Source of the DNA: Rhynchopus sp. YZ270_cl-10
Lineage: Eukaryota
Reading direction: 5' to 3'
Length of the DNA stretch: 64,000 nucleotides
NCBI GenBank assembly: GCA_964035575.1
Contig: OZ037840.1
Coordinates: 1,612,001 to 1,676,000 of the forward strand
The position numbers and the translations under genes were made by a program. Position 1 is the stretch's first letter. Every line of letters begins with the position of its first letter. The notes under the pieces are model-generated. The model was not told where the DNA came from. It worked only from the letters and a program-made list of their open reading frames with translations, and ran no database searches. Shown here one piece after another: positions 13,762 to 26,476 of the stretch.

Positions 13762-14480
13762 CCCTCAGGTGTAGGTGTAGGCTTTCCCCCATTCACTTCT
13801 GCCTGTTCCATCTTCTTTGAAAAACCAAGTCAGAGCCTTTGGCAGTAACCCACCAAACCCCTTCCTCGCAGTAGCCTTACAGCAGTGAATATTGCCTAAT
13901 GTGTAGTTCCGTTGTGCTGACTACCCTGGGAAGCCTTTTGTTAGGGTGAAAAAGCGTGTTGTCGAGAGGTAAATAAAATAGTGGAGCTCATCCTTAGGGT
14001 GTCTGTACTAATACAACGATGTTTTCAAATTAAAAAGCGTATCCGTGAGCCCTGTTATACACTCATATCGCTATGCAAGAAACTATAAAGGGGCCCTTTT
14101 TGCCCCTTTTTTTAACCCCTTTTTGTGTTCCTAGTGTGCCCTGTGTGTGCCCTTATGCCAACGTACAAACGATGGATGGGTTGTGTCTGTTGCGTTCTTG
14201 TTTGTATTTTCGTACGGTTCTTGTTTTCAACTTCAGACAATTAGTTTTCAACTGGTTCCGGTGTCTCTTCAAAGCAGAGTAGTGCACCTTGGACTTTACC
14301 TTTTTATTCTTTTGTTTTGCTTTTGTTCTGCCTGCAGTACGCCGCGAACAATTGCACAAAGTCTTTGTCTTTATTTTTTGCAATGGTGAATGTCATCGAT
14401 AGGATCAAAAGAAAGCGAGGAATTTTACTTTAATTAACAGTCCTTCATTGCCTGGACCATCCGCCTGCACACTCACCACA

Positions 14481-14490
14481 CCCCTTTCAG
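14481..14490 (+). promoter_or_regulatory. putative (trans-)splice acceptor, repeated upstream of array copies 3-10
   Basis: cccctttcag lies 41 nt before the ATG, preceded by C/T-rich sequence, and is conserved in front of the later copies (closer to the ATG in copy 10). Function is inferred. Confidence 0.45.
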
Positions 14491-14531
14491 GTATATCCCT
14501 CACCACACCCTCCCTGCCACCCTCGTGAAAC

Positions 14532-15440
14532 ATGCCTCATTTTGGTGTTCTCGTTGTTGCGTTGGTGATGTCGAACCATGAGGCCTGCCCGTTCCCGTCT
14601 CCGTGTAAAACAGGTCTGGATTGCTGTACAGGCGACGACAAACCCTTCGGGGAGTGCTTCAACAAGTCCATCGAGGTCTGTGCGGGCTGCAAGGTGGGCA
14701 TACCTTACCCCTGTCCCAAAGACAAGCCACACTGCTGCGCAAGCGTCGGCACCATGGTGGAGAAGTTCAGCTGCTACGGCGAAGGCGAGAAGTGCTGCGA
14801 TGCAAGTGGCCACTCTGCGAACAACAGCGACTTCTGCATTGGGAACTGCGGGAAGACCTCGGACCCCTTCACAAAGTGCTGCGACAATACGAAGTACTCC
14901 AACCAGACACAGTGCTGCTCTGGCAAGGGTCCCTGTGATGTGGCCACCCACACCTGCCACGGGTGCGGCTGCATTGAGTTGGACGACCCGACGACTGAGT
15001 GCTGTGGGGGGAGCAAGTTTGACAAAAGCACACAGCAGTGCTGCAGTTCGCACAACCACGAAATCTGTGATCAGGCAGACACATGCTCGGGGTGTGGGTG
15101 TCTGTCTGGTCCGGAGATGAAGTGCTGTGGCACGAAGCAGTACAACACCACTGCTGGGGATATAAAGTGCTGTGGTGGCGCGAAAGAGTACAACATCACT
15201 GCTGGGGAGACGTGTTGCAATGAAGACCTGATCTGCGACGTCACGCAGACCTGCCATGGGTGGAAATATCCTCACTTCGGCGCGATCTGCTGCCCCAAGG
15301 AGGACAAGGTGTGCACGCACCAGGACGGGTACCTAACGAATGCAAAGTGTATGGACCCCTCCACGAGCATCTGCTGCACAGGGGCGGTGTGCAGCAAAAC
15401 CCTTGGGAGCACCTGCTGCGATGGGAAGTGCTGTGCCTAG
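14532..15440 (+). CDS. secreted di-Cys repeat protein, copy 3, 302 aa (one extra repeat, DIKCCGGAKEYNITAG)
   Basis: MPHFGVLVVALVMS signal peptide; conserved Cys scaffold ending CCDGKCCA. Confidence 0.9.
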   Translation: MPHFGVLVVALVMSNHEACPFPSPCKTGLDCCTGDDKPFGECFNKSIEVCAGCKVGIPYPCPKDKPHCCASVGTMVEKFSCYGEGEKCCDASGHSANNSDFCIGNCGKTSDPFTKCCDNTKYSNQTQCCSGKGPCDVATHTCHGCGCIELDDPTTECCGGSKFDKSTQQCCSSHNHEICDQADTCSGCGCLSGPEMKCCGTKQYNTTAGDIKCCGGAKEYNITAGETCCNEDLICDVTQTCHGWKYPHFGAICCPKEDKVCTHQDGYLTNAKCMDPSTSICCTGAVCSKTLGSTCCDGKCCA

Positions 15441-16315
15441 GTCCGTCACGAGACATCTGCCACCTGCGAGCAACACATCCGAATGGCTCGTACTGGGCAG
15501 CAGGTTCTCGATTCCGACTGTACAGATGCCTGGTCCGCACATGTATTGCAAGCAAGAGTGTATTTCATTTTTTGTTTCAAGTGCCTGCGCCAGCGTTTGC
15601 ACTATAAATTCCGTTTTGTTTTGGTCATTTGTTATTTTTTATTTTGATCTGTCATCTCGAAGCACTTTCATCTTTCAAGTGGTGACATAAGCACGAGAGG
15701 CTCAGATCGTGACCAACCTTTTCCAACGTCACCCCTCAATGCTGTCGAATGCAAAGTGTGCAGATAAATGTTCTTTACATCCCTCACTCTATTGTTTTGC
15801 ATCTGTGAGGGACATTTTGTCGTCCATCTTCGGATCCTCCCCTCCTTCCACCGATCTTTACGTTTATTATTCTTTGCCACCTAGTGTTTTCTGGAGGTGA
15901 CTAAGCGCGAGAGGCTTAGGGTCATCTAAAAATGATTGTTTCATTTTCTTGTGCATTTGTTCATCCGGAGTCGATAAATTGCAAGTGACAATATTTTTGT
16001 TTGTTTCTGCAGAAACCCTTGACTTTATCCGACCCACCTACCCCTCCTAGTGAGAAGATGACACAGTGCTACGCCACAGTGTGTGGCTTTGTGCATCTGT
16101 GGGTGTTTCGTCAGCTCTCTTGATGAAGGTAACAAGAAAACAAACAGTGTGCTTGTGTGTCATGTAATGTTGAACCTCTCCCAAACCCCTTCCTGTCTTT
16201 GCTTACTTTAGACAAAACCCCGAATGCCCTGTCTTTACCGTCATCCGCCCGCACACTCACCACACCCCTTTCAGGTATATCCCACACCACACCCTCCCTG
16301 CCACCCTCGTGTAAC

Positions 16316-17182
16316 ATGCCTCATTTTGGTGTTCTCGTTGCTGCGTTGGTGATGTCGAACCATGAGGCCTGCGACATCCAGTCACGTAAGTGTGCGACAG
16401 GTCTGGATTGCTGCGGCACTCCCTTCGGGGAGTGCTTCAACAAGTCTCTTGAGGTCTGTGCGGGCTGCAAGGTGGGCATACCTTACCCCTGTCCCAAAGA
16501 CAAGCCACACTGCTGCGCAAGTGTTGGCACCCTGGTGGAGAAGTTCAGCTGCTACGGCGAAGGCCAGAAGTGCTGCTCTGAAAGTGGCCACTCTGCGAAC
16601 AACAGCGACTTCTGCATTGGGAACTGCGGGAAGACCTCGGACCCCTTCACGAAGTGCTGCGACAATACGAAGTACTCCAACCAGACACAGTGCTGCTCTG
16701 GCAAGGGTCCCTGCGATGTGGCCACCCACACCTGCCACAGCTGCGGCTGCATTGAGTTGGACGACCCGACGACTGAGTGCTGTGGGGGGAACAAGTTTGA
16801 CAACACTACGAAGAAGTGCTGCAGTTCGCACAACCACGAAATCTGTGATCAGGCAGACACATGCTCGGGGTGTGGGTGTCTGTCTGGTCCGGAGATGAAG
16901 TGCTGTGGCACGAAGCAGTACAACACCACTGCTGGGGAGACGTGCTGCAATGACGGCACTAATTCAGAAATCATCTGTAACGGTACACAGACCTGCCATT
17001 CGTGGGATGGACCTCCCTTCGGCCAGATCTGCTGCGCAAAGGCGGATACGGTGTGCACGCACTCGGATAGGTACGCCGTACACGCAAAGTGTATGGACCC
17101 CACCACCAGCATCTGCTGCACAGGGGCGGTGTGCAGCAAAACCCTTGGGAGCACCTGCTGCGATGGGAAGTGCTGTGCCTAG
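16316..17182 (+). CDS. secreted di-Cys repeat protein, copy 4, 288 aa
   Basis: ATG at 16316 aligned with paralogs; same scaffold. Confidence 0.9.
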   Translation: MPHFGVLVAALVMSNHEACDIQSRKCATGLDCCGTPFGECFNKSLEVCAGCKVGIPYPCPKDKPHCCASVGTLVEKFSCYGEGQKCCSESGHSANNSDFCIGNCGKTSDPFTKCCDNTKYSNQTQCCSGKGPCDVATHTCHSCGCIELDDPTTECCGGNKFDNTTKKCCSSHNHEICDQADTCSGCGCLSGPEMKCCGTKQYNTTAGETCCNDGTNSEIICNGTQTCHSWDGPPFGQICCAKADTVCTHSDRYAVHAKCMDPTTSICCTGAVCSKTLGSTCCDGKCCA

Positions 17183-18039
17183 GTCCGTCACGAGACATCT
17201 GCCACCTGCGAGCAACACATCCGAATGGCTCGTACTGGGAAGCAGGTTCTCGATTTCGACTGTACAGATGCCTGGTCCGCACATGTATTTCAAGCAAGAG
17301 GTACTTCGAGTGTATTTATTTCTTGTTCCAGCGTTTTCACTATCAATTTTCCGTTTGTTTTGGTATTGATCTGTACTCTCAAAGCACATTCATCTTTGAA
17401 GTGGTGACATAAGCACGAGAGGCTCAGATCGTGACCAACCTTTTCCAACGTTACCCCTCAATGCTGTCGAATGCAAAGCAGATAAATGTTCTTTACACCC
17501 CTCTATTGTTTTGCATCTGTGAGGGACATTTTGTCGTCCATCTTCCAGGCAGGATGCTCCCCCCTTTCCCACCGAGCTTTACGTTTATTATTCTTTGCCA
17601 CCTAGTGTTTTCTGGAGGTGACTAAGCGCGAGAGGCTTAGGGTCATCTAAAAATAATTGTTTCATTTTCTTGTGCATTTGTTCATCCGGGAGTCGATAAA
17701 TTGCAAGTGACAATATTTTTGTTTGTTTCTGCAGAAACCCTTGACTTTATCCGACCCACCTACCCCTCTTTCCGCAAAGATGACACAGTGCCACACTACA
17801 GTGTGTGGCTTTGCATCTGTGGGTGTTTCGTCAGCTCTCTTGATGAAGGTAACAAGAAAACAAACAGTGTGCTTGTGTGTCATGTTATGTGTTGAACCTC
17901 TCCCAAACCCCTTCCTGCCTTTGCTTACTTTAGACACAAAACCCCGAATGCCCTGTCTTTACCGTCATCCGCCCGCACACTCACCACACCCCTTTCAGGT
18001 ATATCCCACACCACACCCTCCCTGCCACCCTCGTGTAAC

Positions 18040-18903
18040 ATGCCTCATTTTGGTGTTCTCGTTGCTGTGTTGGTGATGTCGAACCATGAAGCCTGCGACA
18101 TCCAGTCACGCAAGTGTGCCACAGGTCTGGATTGCTGCGGTACTCCCTTCGGGGAGTGCTTCAACAAGTCTCTCGAGGTCTGTGCGGGCTGCAAGGTGGG
18201 CATACCTTACCCCTGTCACAAAGACAAGCCACACTGCTGCGCAAGCGTCGGCACCATGGTGGAGAAGTTCAGCTGCTACGGCGAAGGCGAGAAGTGCTGT
18301 GATGCAAGTGGCCACTCTGCGAACAACAGCGACTTCTGCATTGGGAACTGCGGGAAGACCTCAGACCCCTTCACGAAGTGCTGCGTGACGACGAAGTACA
18401 GCAACCAGACACAGTGCTGCTCTGGCAAGGGTCCCTGCGATGTGGCCACCCACACCTGCCACAGCTGCGGCTGCATTGAGTTGGACGACCCGACGACTGA
18501 GTGCTGTGGGGGGAACAAGTTTGACAACAGCACGAAGAAGTGCTGCAGTTCGCACAACAAGATCTGTGATCAGGCAGAGATATGCTCGGGGTGTGGGTGT
18601 CTGTCTGGTCCGGAGATGAAGTGCTGTGGCACGAAGCAGTACAACACCACTGCTGGGGAGACGTGCTGCAGTGACGGCACTAATTCAGAAATCGTCTGTA
18701 ACGGTACACAGACCTGCCATTCGTGGGATGGTCCTCCCTTCGGCCAGATCTGCTGCGCAAAGGCGGACAAGGTGTGCGCGCACCAGGACGGCTACGTAAT
18801 GAAAGCAAAGTGCATGGACCCCTCCACGAGCATCTGCTGCACAGGGGCGGTGTGCAGCAAAACCCTTGGGAGCACTTGCTGCGATGGGAAGTGCTGTGCC
18901 TAG
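18040..18903 (+). CDS. secreted di-Cys repeat protein, copy 5, 287 aa
   Basis: Paralog of copies 3-10. Confidence 0.9.
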   Translation: MPHFGVLVAVLVMSNHEACDIQSRKCATGLDCCGTPFGECFNKSLEVCAGCKVGIPYPCHKDKPHCCASVGTMVEKFSCYGEGEKCCDASGHSANNSDFCIGNCGKTSDPFTKCCVTTKYSNQTQCCSGKGPCDVATHTCHSCGCIELDDPTTECCGGNKFDNSTKKCCSSHNKICDQAEICSGCGCLSGPEMKCCGTKQYNTTAGETCCSDGTNSEIVCNGTQTCHSWDGPPFGQICCAKADKVCAHQDGYVMKAKCMDPSTSICCTGAVCSKTLGSTCCDGKCCA

Positions 18904-19956
18904 GTCCGTCACGAGACATCTGCCACCTACGAGCAACACATCCGAATGGCTCGTACTGGGCAGCAGGTTCTCGATTCCGACTGTACAGATGCCTGGTGTT
19001 CTACGACACATATCCTGCAAAGGTTGTTTTAAGGTGCTTGCAGTGTATTTATTTTTGTTTCAAGTGTCTGCGTCAACTTTCATTTTGTACCAAGGTACAC
19101 TGTCACGAGGGATTTGTATTTCAACTCTACTTTTGTTTTGGTCATGTTGTTCTTTTTACTGTTTTTTAACTGTGGTCTCGAAGCACATTCATCTTTGAAG
19201 TGGTGACATAAGCACGCGAGGCTCAGATCGTGACCAACCTTTTTCCACAGTACCCTAGACTGTCTCTTCTCTCGAATGCAAAGTGTGTGACGTAAATGTT
19301 CTTCACTCTATTGTGCCGCATATCTCCTACAGTGAGGGACATTTTGTCCATTTCGCGTCCATATGCACAACAGTATTCGTTGAGTATCAATTCCCCTTCC
19401 CCTCGCTCTTTGTCTTTATTTTACTTTACCACCTAGTGTGGGATCCAAGTGTTTTTTGTGCTTTCATCCGGGACTCGATTGAAGCAACATCGCTCAGGCG
19501 ATGAATATTCAGGAATAGTGCAGTGGTAATGTTTTAGTTTGTGTGCCTTATTTAATGAACGTGCCTGACATCCCTGCGGTGTGTGCATGTGAACATCTGG
19601 AAAGGCGAATAAACTAATTTATGTTTCTGCAGAAACCCTTGACTTTATCCGACCCCACCCACCCCCTCTCCCTGACGGAACTCCTCCTCTTTTGTGCGAA
19701 GACGGCACTGCCACCACACAGTGCCATAGCTTCGTATCTGTGGGTGTTTCGTCAGCTTTCTTTCTGAACAGTAGCAATAAAACAAACAGTGTGATTATGT
19801 GTCATGTGAGTTCAACAGCAACCTCTCCCAAACCCCTTCCTGTCTTTGCTTACTTTACCCCCGAATGCCCTGTCTTTACCCTCATCCGCCTGCACACTCA
19901 CCGCACCCCTTTCAGGTATATCCCACACCACACCCTCCCTGCCACCCTCGTGTAAC

Positions 19957-20811
19957 ATGCCTCATTTTGGTGTTCTCGTTGCTGCGTTGGTGATGTCGAA
20001 ATCAAATGAAATCTGCCAATTCCCTTCAGGTGAGTGTGCGACAGGTCTGGATTGCTGCGGCACTCCCTTCGGGGAGTGCTTCAACAAGTCTCTCGAGGTC
20101 TGTGCGGGCTGCAAGGTGGGCATACCTTACCCCTGTCCCAAAGACAAGCCACACTGCTGCGCAAGCGTCGGCACCATGGTGGAGAAGTTCAGCTGCTACG
20201 GCGAAGGCGAGAAATGCTGCGATGCAAGTGGCCACTCTGCTAACAACAGCGACTTCTGCATTGGGAACTGCGGGAAGACCTCAGACCCCTTCACGAAGTG
20301 CTGCGTGACGACGAAGTACAGCAACCAGACACAGTGCTGCTCTGGCAAGGGTCCCTGTGATGTGGCCACCCACACCTGCCACAGCTGCGGCTGCATTGAG
20401 TTGGACGACCCGACGACTGAGTGCTGTGGGGGGAACAAGTTTGACAACAGCACGAAGAAGTGCTGCAGTTCGCACAACAAGATCTGTGATCAGGCAGAGA
20501 TATGCTCGGGGTGTGGGTGTCTGTCTGGTCCGGAGATGAAGTGCTGTGGCACGAAGCAGTACAACACCACTGCTGGGGAGACGTGCTGCAATGCAGACCT
20601 AATCTGTGACGGTACACAGACCTGCCATTCGTGGGATGGACCTCCCTTCGGCCAGATCTGCTGCGCAAAGGAGGACAAGGTGTGCACGCACCAGGACGGG
20701 TACGTAATGAAAGCAAAGTGCATGGACCCCACCACCAGCATCTGCTGCACAGGGGCGGTGTGCAGCAAAACCCTTGGGAGCACCTGCTGCGATGGGAAGT
20801 GCTGTGCCTAG
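19957..20811 (+). CDS. secreted di-Cys repeat protein, copy 6, 284 aa
   Basis: ATG at 19957 aligned with paralogs. Confidence 0.9.
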   Translation: MPHFGVLVAALVMSKSNEICQFPSGECATGLDCCGTPFGECFNKSLEVCAGCKVGIPYPCPKDKPHCCASVGTMVEKFSCYGEGEKCCDASGHSANNSDFCIGNCGKTSDPFTKCCVTTKYSNQTQCCSGKGPCDVATHTCHSCGCIELDDPTTECCGGNKFDNSTKKCCSSHNKICDQAEICSGCGCLSGPEMKCCGTKQYNTTAGETCCNADLICDGTQTCHSWDGPPFGQICCAKEDKVCTHQDGYVMKAKCMDPTTSICCTGAVCSKTLGSTCCDGKCCA

Positions 20812-21944
20812 GTCCGTCACGAGACATCTGCCACCTACGAGCAACACATCTCAATGCTGATCCTGGGGAAGGAGGGTCATATGGGCAGGTATCGATTCCG
20901 ACTGTACAGATGCCTGGTCCGCGCATATTCTCTAAAGGCTTTTATTAAATTTAAGGTGCTTGCAGTGTATTTATATTTGTTTCAGTGTCTGCGTCCCAGA
21001 CGGCGTTTCACTATCAACTTCACGTTTGTTTTGGTCATTTGTTAACCAGTGCTTGCGTCCGCCAATGAACGGTAAGGCGTTTGCACTTTCGACTTCTCTT
21101 TGCTATTGGTTTATTTTGATCTGTACTCTCGCAGCACATTCATCTTTGAAGTGGTGACATAAGCACGCGAGGCTCAGATCGTGACCAACCTTTTTCCACA
21201 GTACCCTAGACTGTCTCTTCTCTCGAATGCAAAGTGTGTGAAGTAAATGTTCTTCACTCTATTGTGCCGCATATCTCCTACAGTGAGGGACATTTTGTCC
21301 ATTTCGCGTCCAAATGCACAACAGTATTCGTTGAGTGTTCCCCATCTCTCGGGCAGCATCCCCCCTTCACCTCGATCTTTATCTTTATTTCCTTTACCAC
21401 CTAGTGTGGGATCCAAGTGTTTTTTGTGCTTTCATCCGGGACTCGATTGAAGCAACATCGCTCAGGCGATGAATATTCAGGAATAGTGCAGTGGTAATGT
21501 TTTAGTTTGTGTGCCTTATTTAATGAACGTGCCTGACATCCCTGCGGTGTGTGCATGTGAACATCTGGAAAGGCGAATAAACTAAGTTATGTTTCTGCAG
21601 AAACCCTTGACTTTATCCGACCCCACCCACCCCCTCTCCCTGACGGAACTCCTCCTCTTTTGTGCGAAGACGGCACTGCCACCACACAGTGCGTGGCGTT
21701 GTGTATCTGTGGGTGTTTCGTCAGCTTTCTTTTTTTGAACAGTAACAATAAAACAAACAGTGTGCTTATGTGTCATGTGAGTTCAACAACCCCCTTCCTT
21801 TGCCCCCTTGCTTACTTTAGACAAATAACCCGATTACCCAGTTCCCTGCCTTTACTCTCAGTAGTTTACCCTCGTCCGTCCACACTCACCACACCCCTTT
21901 CAGGTATATCCCTCACCACACCCTCCCTACCACCCTCGTGTAAC

Positions 21945-22823
21945 ATGCCTCATTTTGGTGTTCTCGTTGCTGCGTTGGTGATGTCGAACCATGAACTCTG
22001 CCCATTCCCGTCTCCGTGTGCCTCAGGTCTGGATTGCTGTACAAGCGACGAAATTCCCTTCGGACGGTGCTTCAACAAGTCTACCGAGGTCTGTGCGGGG
22101 TGCAAGAATGTGGACCTGAAATACCCCTGTCCCACGGAGAAGCCACACTGCTGCGCAACTGACCCGCAGCAGACCATAGCCGAGACGTTCAGCTGCTACG
22201 GCGAAGGCCAGAAGTGCTGCGATGCAAGCGGACAATCTGCGAACAACAGCGACTTCTGCATTGGGAGCTGTGGCGTGACCTCGGACCCCTTCACAAAGTG
22301 CTGCGTGACGACGAAGTACAGCAACAAGACTCAGTGCTGCTCTGGCAAGGGTCCCTGCGATGTGGCCACCCACACCTGCAACAGCTGCGGCTGCATTGAG
22401 TTGGACGACCCGACGACTGAGTGCTGTGGGGGGAACAAGTTTGACAACAGCACGAAGAAGTGCTGCAGTTCGCACAACAAGATCTGTGATCAGGCAGACA
22501 CATGCTCGGGGTGTGGGTGTCTGTCTGGTCCGGAGATGAAGTGCTGTGGCACGAAGCAGTACAACACCACTGCTGGGGAGACGTGCTGCAGTGACGGCAC
22601 TAATTCAGACATAATCTGCAACGGTACACAGACCTGCCATGCGTGGGATGGTCCTCCCTTCGGCGCGATCTGCTGCGCAAAGGCGGACACGGTGTGCACA
22701 CATGCAGATGGGTTCGCAATGAACGCAAAGTGCATGGACCCCACCACCAGCATCTGCTGCACAGGGGCGGTGTGCAGCAAAACCCTTGGGAGCACCTGCT
22801 GCGATGGGAAGTGCTGTGCCTAG
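21945..22823 (+). CDS. secreted di-Cys repeat protein, copy 7, 292 aa
   Basis: ATG at 21945 aligned with paralogs. Confidence 0.9.
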   Translation: MPHFGVLVAALVMSNHELCPFPSPCASGLDCCTSDEIPFGRCFNKSTEVCAGCKNVDLKYPCPTEKPHCCATDPQQTIAETFSCYGEGQKCCDASGQSANNSDFCIGSCGVTSDPFTKCCVTTKYSNKTQCCSGKGPCDVATHTCNSCGCIELDDPTTECCGGNKFDNSTKKCCSSHNKICDQADTCSGCGCLSGPEMKCCGTKQYNTTAGETCCSDGTNSDIICNGTQTCHAWDGPPFGAICCAKADTVCTHADGFAMNAKCMDPTTSICCTGAVCSKTLGSTCCDGKCCA

Positions 22824-23442
22824 GTCCGTCACGAGACATCTGCCACCTGCGAGCAACACATCCCAATGCTGATCCTGGGGAAGGAGGGTCACATGGGCAG
22901 GTATCGATTCCGAGTGTACAGATGCCTGGTCCACACATACCCTCCAAAATTTCTTTTAAGGTGCTTGCAGTGTGTTTATTTCTGTTTCAGTGTCTGCGTC
23001 TAAAGTGTTTGCTATCACTACCAACTTCACATTTGTTTTGTTCATATTGCTCTTTTTGTTGTTGTTTTTTTGATCTGTACTCTCGCAGCACGTTCTCTTT
23101 TAAGTGGTGACATAAGCACGCGAGGCTCGGATCGTGACTAACCTTCAACACTACCCTAGACTGTCTCTTCTCTCGAATGCAAAGTGTGCACATATCTGTT
23201 TAGCGGACAGCACCGTAGTGGTTGTCAGATGAGGATATAATATACACCGGAAGGAACGGACTCTTTCGCATCGAATGGTGACCAATGACATCATTTTCAT
23301 AGGAAGGTTCGAGCACGAAGGCGTTATTATTTCCTCACTCTTTGTGTCCCGCACGTTCCCACCAACTGTGAGTGACATTTTATTGTCCATTTCGCGTCCA
23401 AATGCACAAAAAGTATTTGTTGAGTATTCCCCTCTCGCTCTA

Positions 23443-23591
23443 CACGACAACACTTGTTATGACATGACAGGCACACTTGACATGCTGTTATGCGATGTTT
23501 TTGACAGCCATGTGCTTGTCAACGTTTTGTGCTTTTTTATTGTGTTTGTTGCATGACATTGTGCTTGCCATGTGTTATGTCAAGTGTCGTG
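23443..23591. mobile_element. MITE with CACG termini and TA flanks, inserted in one array spacer
   Basis: ta|cacgacaacacttg ... caagtgtcgtg|ta; absent from the paralogous spacer near 21335-21365. Confidence 0.7.
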
Positions 23592-24159
23592 TACAGGCAT
23601 GTCCCCCCTCATCCATTTCATGTTTATTATCCTTTACTGAGCCCTGTTGGCTGCATCGTGTTGTTGTGCATTTGGTTCATCCGGGAACTCGATTGGAAGC
23701 AACATCGCTCATGCGATGAATATTCAGTGACATGGCGGTGGCAATCTATTTTTCATGTTTCTGCAGAAACCCTTGACTTTATCCGACCCACCCACCCTCT
23801 CCCCATGCGGAACTCCTCCTCTTAGTGCAAAGATGCCACAGTGCCCCACAATGCATGTGGCCTTTTTGCATGTATAGGAACGTTGCGTTTTAGCTCTCTT
23901 CAAAGACGGCACAGTGTCACACAGTGTGGCTTTGTGCATGTATGTGGGGTGTTTCGTCAGCTCCCTTTCTGAACAGTAACAAGAAAACAAACAGTGTGCT
24001 TATGTGTCTGTGAGTTCAACAGCAACCTCTCCCAAACCCCTCCCTGCCCTTGCTTACTTATCCCCGAATGCCCTGTCTTTACCCTCATCCGCCTACATAC
24101 TCACCACACCCCTTTCAGGTACATCCCACACCACACCCTCCCTGCCACCCTCGTGTAAC

Positions 24160-25050
24160 ATGCCTCATTTTGGTGTTCTCGTTGCTGCGTTGGTGATGTC
24201 GAACCACGAAATCTGCCCGTTTCCGTTTCAGTGTGCGACAGGTCTGACTTGCTGTCAAAGCGACGACTTCGGACACTGCTTTAATAAGTCCCTCGAGAGC
24301 TGTGTGGCTTGCAAAGACACTGGTGACGACTTCAAGTACCCCTGTCCCACGGAGAAGCCACACTGCTGCGCGAGCTCCGGCTCCCATTTAACATTCAGCT
24401 GCTACGGCGAAGGCCAGAAGTGCTGCGATGCAAGTGGCCACTCTGCGAACAACAGCGACTTCTGCATTGGGAGCTGTGGCGTGACGACGGACCCCTTCAC
24501 AAAGTGCTGCGTGACGACGAAGTACTCCAACCAGACACAGTGCTGCTCTGGCAAGGGAATCTGCGATGTGGCCACCCACACCTGCAACAGCTGCGGCTGC
24601 ATTGAGTTGGACGACCCGACGACTGAGTGCTGTGGGGGGAACAAGTTTGACAACAGTACGAAGAAGTGCTGCAGTTCGCACAACCATGATATCTGTGATC
24701 AGGCAGACACATGCTCGGGGTGTGGGTGTCTGTCTGGTCCGGAGATGAAGTGCTGTGGCACGAAGCAGTACAACACCACTACTGGGGAGACGTGCTGCAG
24801 CAACCACGAGCAGAGTCCTTTCAGTGACAACAAGATCTGCAATGCCACGCAGTCGTGCCACTCATTCACCGGTGGTGGTCCGGGACAGACAGAGATCTGC
24901 TGCACTAAGGGATGGACGCTGTGCGAACATGACATCGGATACAGGCAAGAAGCAAAGTGCATGGACCCCTCCACGAGCATCTGCTGCACAGGGGCGGTGT
25001 GCAGCAAAACCCTTGGGAGCACCTGCTGCGATGGGAAGTGCTGTGCCTAG
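24160..25050 (+). CDS. secreted di-Cys repeat protein, copy 8, 296 aa
   Basis: ATG at 24160 aligned with paralogs. Confidence 0.9.
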   Translation: MPHFGVLVAALVMSNHEICPFPFQCATGLTCCQSDDFGHCFNKSLESCVACKDTGDDFKYPCPTEKPHCCASSGSHLTFSCYGEGQKCCDASGHSANNSDFCIGSCGVTTDPFTKCCVTTKYSNQTQCCSGKGICDVATHTCNSCGCIELDDPTTECCGGNKFDNSTKKCCSSHNHDICDQADTCSGCGCLSGPEMKCCGTKQYNTTTGETCCSNHEQSPFSDNKICNATQSCHSFTGGGPGQTEICCTKGWTLCEHDIGYRQEAKCMDPSTSICCTGAVCSKTLGSTCCDGKCCA

Positions 25051-26476
25051 GTCCGTCACGAGACATCTGCCACCTACGAGCAACACATCTCAATGCTGAT
25101 CCTGGGGAAGGAGGGTCACATGGGCAGGTATCGATTCCGACTGTACAGATGCCACCCACGCAGCGCATTTCTTGTTTATATTTTATTGTATTAGGTGACT
25201 AAGCACAAGAGGCTCAGAGTCATCTAAAAAAAAACTTTTCTTTTCATTTTGATCCGTGATCTCCAGGCACATCTTTCAGAAGATGACAAGCACGCGAGGC
25301 CCAGATCGTGACCAATCGTGACCACTTTCAATACTACCCTAGACTGTCTCTTCTCTCTGTCTCTAAGGGATATATTCGTGTCCAACGCACAAAAAGGCTT
25401 CCCAGCCGCCGTATCGAGAGTGTTGCGAGTCACCCTCTCTGTACCAGGCAGGATCCTCCCTCCCCTCCCCTCCTCCCCGCCTATGTCATCTCAACTTCTT
25501 ATCGAAGCCGTGCCTTTTACTACCACACATTGGTGGGCAAATAGCGCGTGTTATTATTTAATCGTACGAAGGAACGTGCCTGCATCAATGGCTACCATTT
25601 TTCAAGGTGACAAGCACGAGAGGCTTCGGTTCATCTATGAGCTTATCTTTCCCCCCCCCCCCCCCCCCCAATTTTTCAATGTAAATGTGTGCAGACTCAG
25701 CTTTTAGCATCTTTTGATCAAATAGTTTTTCTATTTCTCTTCGATTTTACCTAATGATGCAGGCTGCTCTGGTCTGCGTGCACACTACTGGGCTGTATGC
25801 CACCCTCAGGAACATGACCATACGACTTATGTACCAAGCTGCTGTATTACCATGTTTGGACGCATTTAGTGATTGATCATATTTTGGGGTTTTCTATACG
25901 GCCCATGGGTGATGCGTAGGTGTTGTGTAGCTTGTGATGCAGTGTGATGTGTTTTTGGCATGCAAACATTTCCCTACCTGGTACGCAGTACAAGGAAATA
26001 GATGACGCACCCCCTCAATTATTGCCCTCAAATAAATCGTTGTTCGAATATTACATTGCAGGACATTGCAGTCTGACGTGAGGCATGCTCATCTGTCAAC
26101 GTTCCTTTGTTTTCTTTCTGCACGATCTCTTGAGGCAGAACCCTTGACTATATCCGACCCACCCCCTCAGGCACCCCTGTACGCGGAAGTACTCCCATTT
26201 GTGCAGATGGCACAGCACCACAGCAGGCTTATGTGCATCTGGGAATGTTTTCGTTTTTAGCTCTCGTTCTGAAAATATAAGTAAGAAAACAAACACAGTG
26301 TGCTTATGTGTCATGTGTGAGTTCAACAGCAACCTCTCCCAAACCCCTTCCTGTCTTTGCTTACTTTTGGACACAAAACCCCGAATACTCTGTCTGTACC
26401 GTCATCCCCCCGCACACTCACCACACCCCTTTCAGGTATATCCCACACCACACCCTCCCTGCCACCCTCGTGTAAC

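Noticed and set aside
23190..23330. Possible ribozyme or ncRNA in a unique spacer insertion
   Set aside because: No CTGATGA/GAAA hammerhead core with the required stems, and no other recognisable RNA family motif on either strand.
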